This document shows, one piece after another, positions 1-8,400 of a stretch of DNA of 27,588 bases. Each line of letters opens with the position of its first letter. Within the stretch, counting starts at the first letter, position 1. A model generated the notes under the pieces. The model was not told the DNA's origin, did not search any database, and saw only the letters and a list, made by a program, of their open reading frames with translations. Origin of the DNA: Octopus sinensis (lineage: Eukaryota); assembly GCF_006345805.1 (NCBI RefSeq), contig NW_021833345.1:1-27588 (forward strand). Direction: 5' to 3'. Both the position numbers and the translations under genes were made by a program.

Positions 1-32
1 CAAGCAGAGTAAATTAATTTATTATATAGAAG

Positions 33-85
33 GAGCTTCTACAGGACTAGAACTGTTTCATTCAAGAGAAATCTTCAGGAAGCTC
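33..85 (-). ncRNA. Identical hammerhead ribozyme motif on the minus strand
   Basis: Exact reverse complement of 88-140. Confidence 0.8.
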
Positions 86-87
86 AG

Positions 88-140
88 GAGCTTCCTGAAG
101 ATTTCTCTTGAATGAAACAGTTCTAGTCCTGTAGAAGCTC
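88..140 (+). ncRNA. Type I hammerhead ribozyme motif (Penelope-associated type)
   Basis: GAGCTTC-CTGAAGA-tTTCtcttGAAt-GAAA-CAGttctagtcCTG-TA-GAAGCTC. It has a 7-bp stem I, the full core (CUGAnGA, GAAA, UH=UA), a 3-bp stem II with U.U at 10.1/11.1, and a 4-bp stem III with a CTAG palindrome in the loop. Confidence 0.8.
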
Positions 141-340
141 TTCTATATAATAAAAGATATATATATATCTATATTATATATATATATATATATATTAGGA
201 ATTAGAACTAGGACTAAACTTTGACTGCACGCTTTCAAGGGATATCCTCAGCAAGTTCGCAGTCCATTTACTATGAACCATGAAATGATAAATGATATTC
301 GTTGCTTTATGTTTTGTTTTATATTTTATTCATTAGCAAT

Positions 341-545
341 GAGGCACAGAAGCGGGTGTTTGGTAAGTAGCTTACCGACCACATGGTTCCGGGTTCCTTC
401 CCACTGCGTGGCACCTTGGACAAGTGTCTTCTACTATAGCCTCGGGCCGACCAAAGCCTTTGAGTGGTATTGGTAGGCGGAAACTGAAAGAAACCCGTGT
501 ATATATCTACATCTATATCTGTTCTTTAATCTCTCTATCTATCTC

Positions 546-590
<45 letters not shown>

Positions 591-885
591 TATATTATAT
601 ATTATATATATTATATATATTATATATATATATATATATACATAATATTATATATATATATGGGTGTGTGTATATATATATAGGCTATGTGTCTGTGTTT
701 GACACCCCCAACATCGCTTGACAACCGATGCTGGTGTCTTTACGTCCCCGTAAAAAAGTGACCGACAGTATATAAATATTAGGCTTACAAAGCCTAAGTC
801 CTGGGGTCGATTTGCTTGACTAAACGCGGTGCTCCAGCATGACCGCAGTCAAATGACTGAAACAAACAAATAAAAAATTGAAAAG
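341..885 (+). mobile_element. tRNA-derived SINE (octopus OR-like, CORE-like centre) with an expanded internal microsatellite
   Basis: Homologous to the copies at 10360, 20695, 24400 and 27167 (ggtaagtagctt..catggttccgggtt..caagtgtcttctactatagcctcgggccgaccaaagcc..ctccagcatgaccgcagtcaaatgactgaaac). The family name is from recall. Confidence 0.85.
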
Positions 886-1596
886 CATTGTTTACCTTTA
901 ACGTCTATCTCTTACTATTCCTCTTGGCATCGCTTATTTCTCCATTCTCTCCTCCTCCTCCTCCAATATCACAAGACAATGGAGGAGAAAGAGAAAAAGA
1001 AGAGAAACAAGAATATGAATTATATTTATTGCAAAACTAGCGGTAAAATACTTAGTGAGAATCTTAGATATTTTCTTGTTATAAATCGATCATATTCGAT
1101 CATTAAAATATATAGAAATCACATTGATTAACGATTGTTAATGGGTTCTTTATATTGTTTATTGCTAACCATTTTTTCTATCGATTTATCAACTCCTAGT
1201 CTATATAATTTCAATCCGAATTGTATTGAAATCTTTTATATTCATGAGGTTTGTCTTCTAATTAACAGAATTGATGCATTTTAATAATGATATAATTGCA
1301 TGTAAGATATTACATATTTATTTGCGCTACAATGAAATATTTAAACATCGATCGGGTACAAGAGCCAGAGGAGTTGTTCATCGGATTGAAATATCTTATT
1401 TTGCATATATGGTTCCTTTGTTGTTGTGGTGTGTGTGCATGTATGTGTGCGTGCGCGCGCGCGAGTGCATGTGTGTTTTGTGTTGTGTATGTGTGTATGT
1501 ATACTAGTAAAGCGAGCACGGAAATATTTTTGGCTTCTTGAAATATACTTTCAAGAATTCGAATAATTTCATCGAAATGTTCATATGTATGTGAGT

Positions 1597-1784
1597 TTAT
1601 ATTATTTACATTATTTACATTATTTACATTTGACGGATATTTATCCTCATTTTGTTTGTTGTTAACACAACGTTTCGGCTGATGTACCCTCCAGCCTTCA
1701 TCAGGAGTCTTGGGGAAATTCCCAGCCTGGGTTTTCGTTTGTAAGGTAGCTTTGGATGTTGTTGTTATTATCATTATTATTATT

Positions 1785-1828
<44 letters not shown>

Positions 1829-1870
1829 TATTCTGGTCCCTGCCTGGAATCGAACTCGAAACTTTGGGGT
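1597..1870 (-). mobile_element. 5'-truncated copy of the composite tRNA-head/(AAT)n/hammerhead element
   Basis: The reverse complement aligns to 1915-2180 at about 87% identity over the unique 3' module. It retains B box GAGTTCGATTCC, a (GAT/AAT)n linker and an (AATGTAAAT)n tail. Confidence 0.85.
1664..1709 (-). ncRNA. Minimal type I hammerhead motif
   Basis: GACTC-CTGATGA-a-GGCTG..CAGCC-GAAA-CG-TT-GTGTT. Stem III is a palindromic ACGT and stem I has one mismatch. Confidence 0.6.
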
Positions 1871-1879
1871 TAAGAGCGC

Positions 1880-1950
1880 GGGAACATGGCGTAGTGGTTA
1901 AGAGCGCGGGCTACTATCCCCAAGATTTCCATTTCGATTCCAGGTAGTGA

Positions 1951-2027
<77 letters not shown>

Positions 2028-2198
2028 TCGAAAAATACCTTAGGAATGAGAACCCAGGTCGGAAATTTCCTCAAGACACCTGATGAAGGCTTGACGGTAT
2101 ATCAGCCGAAACGTTGTGTTAGCAACAAACAAGATGAGGACAAATATCCGTCAAATGTAAATAATGTACATAATTCCTCATCTATTAAATATAGAATT
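1880..2198 (+). mobile_element. Composite SINE-like element: tRNA-like head, (AAT)n linker and hammerhead-containing 3' module
   Basis: A box TGGCGTAGTGG (1887-1897), an anticodon-arm-like GGGCTACTATCCC, a degraded B box ATTTCGATTCC (1931-1941), (AAT)n at about 1945-2025, then a unique module carrying the HHR at 2075-2120. Confidence 0.85.
2075..2120 (+). ncRNA. Minimal type I hammerhead motif
   Basis: GACAC-CTGATGA-a-GGCT..AGCC-GAAA-CG-TT-GTGTT. Stem I is GACAC/GUGUU, stem III is a palindromic ACGU, and the cleavage triplet is GUU. Confidence 0.7.
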
Positions 2199-2364
2199 GT
2201 GTGAGTATATGTTTACATATACGTATATGCATGTATGTATGTATGTAGGTATATGTCTGTATATACTTGTGTGCGTGTGCGTGCGGGTGTAAACAAATAA
2301 GAGTAGATTGAGTAGACACGCTTAATTGTATAATAGTATACAGTAATAACTTAAAAGACTTCAG

Positions 2365-2425
2365 TATTCTTCACTGCTCAAGGCACAAGGTCCGATTTCT
2401 GGGAGGAGGGGGACAGTCGATTACA
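2365..2425 (-). mobile_element. 3' tail fragment of the SINE family arrayed at 25740-26503
   Basis: aaggcacaaggtccgatttctgggaggagggggacagtcgattacat resembles the reverse complement of about 26445-26500. Confidence 0.55.
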
Positions 2426-2655
2426 TATTGTTTCGTGGAATACATTATGCAAATGATCTTCCCTTTTAAATATAGAGACTTGGCTAATTACTTCGAAATG
2501 CCATAGGTCTTAATCTACCAGCATAGAGTCTAACTGAATCTGTGTGTATATACAAATGCGTATAAAAATATAATTATAGGATACACACATTAACAATCTT
2601 ATCATTGGCCAGTATATAAAATAGACTTATTTCAGTAAATTAATATACAAAGATT

Positions 2656-2858
2656 TATAATAGCATAAAATGCAATTACAAGTAAGGGCACAGGGGCATT
2701 TGTGCCTTTATGCTGAACAAAGACACTGATTCCGTCTAGCCACTGCAACTCATCACATTAAAATTATACATGTTGTAGGCGTATTTAGCGTCTATCTTCA
2801 GCATATACACACAGAAACATCTGTGCCCTTATTTATGATTGTATTTTATACTATTATA
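2656..2858. repeat. Decayed inverted repeat with about 83-bp arms, each carrying a hammerhead-like core remnant
   Basis: tataatagcataaaatgcaattacaagtaagggcacag vs the reverse complement of 2821-2858, tataatagtataaaatacaatcataaataagggcacag (differences are transitions). Homology continues to tatgctgaa.a.agac. Confidence 0.8.
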
Positions 2859-2861
2859 CAT

Positions 2862-2865
<4 letters not shown>

Positions 2866-2942
<77 letters not shown>

Positions 2943-2975
2943 CTTGGAAATGGATGCGAGGCGTTCAGCTAGATG

Positions 2976-3022
<47 letters not shown>

Positions 3023-3135
3023 TATGAAGATGATGATGATGATGATGACGATGATGATGACGATGATGATGATATATTTATATATTTAAATATATATGTG
3101 TTTGTGTGTGTGTGTGTGTGTGTGTGCATATGCAT
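2866..3135. repeat. Compound microsatellite (CT)n(AT)n, (AAT)n(GAT)n, (GT)n
   Basis: Direct inspection. Confidence 0.95.
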
Positions 3136-3409
3136 ATATTTATACGTTTATATATTTGTTTTGCAAGATTTTTGATGTGAAATCGTGTGTTGAAACAGAT
3201 ATTGTTGTATTTAGGAATGGTCATTTTGCCAGTTTAGCCAATAAGAAACTGGAATGGAACACTAGCACACACCACAGCATATGACAGAAAAAGAACCCCA
3301 TAAACTGGTTACAATATAAACAAAACTGAAAACATAATAAAATAAAATACACAGATAAATAAACAAATGGAAGTATATAACTATATCCTTTTTTTATTTT
3401 TATCTTTAT

Positions 3410-3415
3410 TTTATT

Positions 3416-3464
<49 letters not shown>

Positions 3465-3610
3465 CATTATTATTATTATCATTACTATTAGTAGTAGTAG
3501 TATTATTATACATACATAATAATAATGATAATAATAAGTAGGTGTAAACACATGAACAAAATAAAAATAAACAAAAACAAAAACAAGCAAACAAACAAAC
3601 AAACAAAAAC
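3410..3610. repeat. (ATT)n/(AGT)n and (AAAC)n simple repeats
   Basis: Direct inspection. Confidence 0.9.
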
Positions 3611-3754
3611 CAAATTACACAAACGTATATAAACAGGAGATACAAATATTACAGACACTTCCCCACACACACACACTAACTAAACATAGAAACACATAGA
3701 GGTATACGCATGCGCAAATGAATGAGAGACACAAATAAGGAAAAAGAAGGCAAA

Positions 3755-3799
3755 GGACCACTGATGCGGTCACAGGAGTGTGACGAAAGAACTCTGGCC
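3755..3799 (+). ncRNA. Hammerhead-like motif with one core substitution (A9C)
   Basis: GGACCA-CTGATGC-g-GTCACA-ggag-TGTGAC-GAAA-GAAC-TC-TGGCC, with a perfect 6-bp stem II and a CCA/TGG stem I. Confidence 0.5.
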
Positions 3800-3806
3800 G
3801 AAATAA

Positions 3807-3830
3807 GAAGCAAGTTTCTTACCACACAGC
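3807..3830 (-). mobile_element. 5' head fragment of the OR-like SINE
   Basis: gaagcaagtttcttaccacacagc nearly matches 20994-21016. Confidence 0.55.
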
Positions 3831-3924
3831 GTGTATATACGCGGTGTGTGTGTGCATGTGTGCTTGTGTGTGTGCGTATGTATTTGTGTGTGTGTGTGTG
3901 TGGTGTGTGTGTGTGTCGATGTAT

Positions 3925-4095
3925 GTGATTGAGTGGTTATGGAATTGCGCTAATAATCATAGGATTCTGGTTTCGATTCTTGGACTAGGCGATACATTGT
4001 CTCCTAGAACAAAATTCTTCATTTCATGTATATTTCAGTTTCTTCTACCAGCAGAAATGCGTAATCGTCATGCGGGAAACCGGCTTTATGGGCCG
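3925..4095 (+). mobile_element. Highly decayed tRNA-derived SINE, probably related to 26598-26872
   Basis: gagtggtt..ggtttcgattct..actaggcga head-like segment and a catgcgggaaaccggctttatgggcc tail-like segment. Confidence 0.35.
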
Positions 4096-4147
4096 ATGTC
4101 TCAACAACCTTTGATCCTCTTTTGATGTTTGCTAGCTCGTAAGTATG

Positions 4148-4187
4148 GATATATCTATCTCTCTCTCTATCTCTCTCTCTCTATCTC

Positions 4188-4260
<73 letters not shown>

Positions 4261-4320
4261 ATCTATCTCTCTATGTATGCATGTATGTATCTATCTATCT
4301 ATCTCTCTCTCTCTCTCTAC

Positions 4321-4370
<50 letters not shown>

Positions 4371-4470
4371 ATATATGCATGTATATATATATATGTGTGT
4401 GTGTGTATGTGTGTGTGTCTGCATGTTTGTGTATAGTTATGCATATATATGCTATATATATATGTATATA
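4148..4470. repeat. Compound microsatellite (CT)n/(CTAT)n/(AT)n/(GT)n
   Basis: Direct inspection. Confidence 0.95.
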
Positions 4471-5039
4471 CATGCGTGTCTGAAACAAAAGGATAAATAA
4501 CATCATAATTCGTTATTTTTTTATTGGCATATTGATCATCACACATGAAAAAATTATATCCCATACACACATGCACACATATAAATCTTCATATGTATGT
4601 ATGTGTGTGTATGCATGTATGTATGTATACTATATTGATATTTCGACATATCGATTAATAACTGAAAAAAAAAATTAGAAATATAGAAATATGGCGATGA
4701 GGGTCATATATGCGCACGTATGTGCGCAGTGTGTTTAATAACACATTAGAATCGATTTGTCGTTCGATATATGATTGTTTGTATCGGTTTTCTGCAAGAC
4801 AAGAGTATTTAAAGAATTCTAATGTAAGGTTTTTGTATGTAATTCTAGTATCGATTACTGAATTATATTGAAAATCGAACTTTTAATCACAACTTTGTAT
4901 TGCTTTATAGGATATTGATATAAACAACATGGTATACAAAAATAACGATAAATAAGGCAAAAATCTAATATATTTTTAATGTTAAATTAACGATTACAAA
5001 GTTTTATACTGTAAAGCAATATTTTATATGTAAAAGCAT

Positions 5040-5282
5040 TATATATCTATATATTATTGTGTATATGCATGCATATATTTATATCAATATATATATATAT
5101 ATATGCTTATATATACAGATATATATGCCCGCATATAAGTGTGTATGTGTGCCTGGGTGTGTACGTATGAATGTACGCATGTATGCATATATCCAAAGAT
5201 CTATACGTGAGTATGTATATATATATATGTATATATAAGCATGTATATATCATATATATATATATATATATATATCACATAC

Positions 5283-5361
<79 letters not shown>

Positions 5362-5378
5362 TACATGCATACATATAT

Positions 5379-5412
<34 letters not shown>

Positions 5413-5624
5413 GTATACATGTATGTATATAGATTTACATACATGTACGATATTGATTACGCGTCTGTCATACACGCATATATTTACAGACATATTTCCT
5501 ATAAAATATATGTAAATATATATATATGCATATATACATATGTATGTATATATATATATATATGTATATATATATGTGCGTATATATATCTATGTAGGTA
5601 TGTATGTATGTATCTATCTATCTA

Positions 5625-5672
<48 letters not shown>
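5040..5672. repeat. Compound microsatellite (AT)n/(AG)n/(AC)n
   Basis: Direct inspection. Confidence 0.93.
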
Positions 5673-5674
<2 letters not shown>

Positions 5675-6412
5675 CTGTATTTCTGCGTATACATAGTCAA
5701 ATACACAAGTGACTTTTATGTTTGTGTATATGTATCATTTATTCATCGATCCATTACTATTTCAAAGGATCGAATATATAAATTGATCTGGTGTAACTCA
5801 AAAACAGCTGAAATCTTGCACACTACATAAAAATGACATTGAACCCTAATACAGACATAAAATTATATATGATGGCTGTGCACTCGAGTTTAATTAACGC
5901 CATTACTGACTATATACAACGCAGCTGTATAACAATATGATTGCTCTCTCCCGTCATCTCTGTACATCTCGCCATAATTTCGACGCCGCAATGATTTAGT
6001 AGAAAAAGAAATATATAAAGAAAAAAATGACAGAAAGAAAGAATAGGAACGCGGTAATACTGGTTGTTGGTGTCAATATGGTTTGCGCAACTCTGGAAGA
6101 ACTCACTGTGCCCTACCAGTGTTTCATAGAAAAACAATGCAACATATCTGGCGTCCATAAAGGATGCATGTGCGAGAATGTCTTGAATGTCAACTGGATC
6201 AGGAGCTGAAGATCTCTAAGGCCATAACCTATACAATAGGTTTTAAAGTAAAGTAACCTCAAGTTAGAGATTTGCTTTAGAGAAAGCTGTACTGTGCCTC
6301 TTTCTGAAGGGGTATACACTGCTCGGACTACCGGTTTATATGCATCTATAAATGTACATAAATAAATGCATATATACGATGTCTGGTCAATAAGTATCCA
6401 GAGTGTTGCCAT

Positions 6413-6596
6413 AGTGAGGCCGCTTAGAAAAGTTTGACCTTAAACACTACTGCGCATGTGCACTAACTTTAAACGTTCTATCTCACTTCCGCTGTTTACA
6501 AGCACTGTTATAAACAGCGGAAGTGAGCTAGAACCTTTAAACTTAGTGCACATATACAGCAGAGTTCAAGGTCAATCTTTGCCAAGCCGCTTCACT
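6413..6596. repeat. 184-bp imperfect palindrome (MITE-like or hairpin RNA)
   Basis: Core arms 6457-6498 and 6511-6552 pair at 39/42 around a 12-nt loop. Weaker pairing extends out to 6413/6596. Confidence 0.9.
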
Positions 6597-6657
6597 CTGC
6601 GAGTTTTAGCTTCGTTACTATGGCAACAGACCAGATACTTAGTGATCAGGCGACTGT

Positions 6658-6825
6658 GTATGCGTATGTGTGTGTGCGCGTTTATATGTCTGAGTGTGTT
6701 TGTATCGCATGTATATATCTGTATGTATTTTTGTACGTATATGTGTGTGTATGCATGAGTGTATATGTGTGCGCTTGCGTATGTGTGTGTATGTGTGTGT
6801 TTGTGAGTGTGTGTGTATGTGTGTG

Positions 6826-6856
<31 letters not shown>

Positions 6857-7030
6857 ATTGTTCATAACAGTTTGATCCAATTTTCCGTGCTACTTGAAGT
6901 TTCAAACCATCTTTGGACATATAAAGCCCCAGTGGAAAAAAATATATATGTAGAAGGAGAGAGAGAGAGAAAGATAGACAGAGATATAGACAGAAAGAGA
7001 GAGAAATATAAAGAGACCGGGAGAGAGATA
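6658..7030. repeat. (GT)n-rich and (AG)n/(AGAT)n simple repeats
   Basis: Direct inspection. Confidence 0.9.
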
Positions 7031-7389
7031 TGAATTTTCATACGTACATGAACGCATGCATGCATCCAAACTCGTTCACATATTTACAAACCCCGGGAGC
7101 AGATGTAAGTCGTATCTCTTGTCTCTTCATTAGCGACCAGCTTGATCCTCGTTAGAAGAACCTAAACATATCGCAAAACAAAGCCCATTCTCCGTCTATA
7201 CGCCCACGTATCAGTCAAGAACGCATCGTATTTCGTACAAAACTGAAGCTAAATTATACTAACATACTCCGTAAAATTATATCGGTTTCAGATCTATAGT
7301 AATCGGCCATTAGATAAAAATGATGTGAAATAGAGAAAGCAAAATTATTCCATGCAGATAAGATATGTATGCACGTGAGTACCAAGAAT

Positions 7390-7740
7390 GTATGCATGTA
7401 TGTATGTATGTATTTATGTATGTATGTATGTATGTATGTATGTATGTATGTATGTATGTATGTATGTATGTATGTATGTATGTATGTATGTATGTATGAA
7501 TTTTTGTGCGTGCTTAAGCTCTGACATGCTGGTAAATAGCAGATAGTATTCTGGCGCTGGAAAATTCGTCTGATGTATTTCTATTTCATGATGAAAACTC
7601 CATATAAGACAACGAATACATAGGTATGTGTGTGCATATGTGCGTCTTTCTGTGTGTAAGTATGTACATGTATGTATGTATGTATGTGTATGTATGTATG
7701 TTGTATGTATGTATGTATGTATGTATGTATGTATATGTGC
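7390..7740. repeat. (ATGT)n tetranucleotide tracts
   Basis: Direct inspection; a unique segment at about 7500-7620 interrupts the tracts. Confidence 0.9.
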
Positions 7741-7815
7741 AGATTTATATATTTTGCTTTCTGTATGTATTCTCATGCATATAGCTGCATATCAAGACAT
7801 GCTCATATATATTTT

Positions 7816-8400
7816 AATGATAAACTTCTGGAAAGTTCTACAGATTTTTACAGTTCCAGTAATGGATTAGATCTGTAGTCTTGGAATTGGCTTTTTCCTT
7901 TCTGGTTTTGAGAAGCCTAATTTCTGAAGATTGGTATTTAGGCAGTGTGTTACATATCCCAGTGCCCCAACTATTACAGGTGTAAACCTGAACTTCTAAT
8001 CTGGATAAAGTAACTGCAGATTTCTCAATAGTTCAGCATTGGTATTCTCTTTTCCACTGACCTTCAGCTTTATTGAGGTCTTCACTGGTACATTCCACCA
8101 GAATTCCTTTTTATTATAAGTGGCTATGGCTTCTACCATATTATGGGTTCTTATTTGTTTACTCTCGGGATTATCGTTCCGATGGATTTCATTACAGAGT
8201 GTCCTAGCTACAACATCATGTCTCATCGAAAGATAATACCGTGATGACATTTTCCGACAACTGCTTATGATGTGCGTGACATCTTCAATGTGAAATCCAT
8301 AAAGTCTGCATCGGTTGTCACACTTTACGGGCTTACCTGCATCTCTATTCCTTTTGTGTATCAGGTACTTGGTTGATATTTCCTGTTCCTGGATTGCAAA
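7816..8400 (-). pseudogene. R4/Dong-like RLE non-LTR retrotransposon, C-terminal remnant (zinc knuckle plus truncated restriction-like endonuclease)
   Basis: One frame reads FAIQEQEISTKYLIHKRNRD..CDNRCRLYGFHIEDVTHIISSCRKMSSRYYLSMRHDVVA..WWNVPVKTSIKL/KVSGKEN..LLRNLQLLYPD*KFRFTPVIVGALG..LQI*SITGTVKICRTF, with two in-frame stops. Confidence 0.85.

Larger units (their letters stand above)
18..154. repeat. Near-perfect inverted repeat (fold-back) with about 67-bp arms and a 2-nt spacer
   Basis: 33-85 is the exact reverse complement of 88-140 (53 bp). Pairing continues over 18-31 and 141-154 after a single bulged G32. Confidence 0.97.

Noticed and set aside
223-264. Minus-strand CTGAGGA..GAAA motif with GACTGC/GCAGTC complementarity
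   Set aside because: The stem I strand is displaced 7 nt from the core, the cleavage-site position is G, and there is no stem II. At best it is a heavily decayed HHR, so it was not counted.
1880-1955. Possible tRNA genes here and at 26795-26872
   Set aside because: The cloverleaves are incomplete, acceptor stems do not pair, and each head is fused to repeat body sequence, so they are SINE heads.
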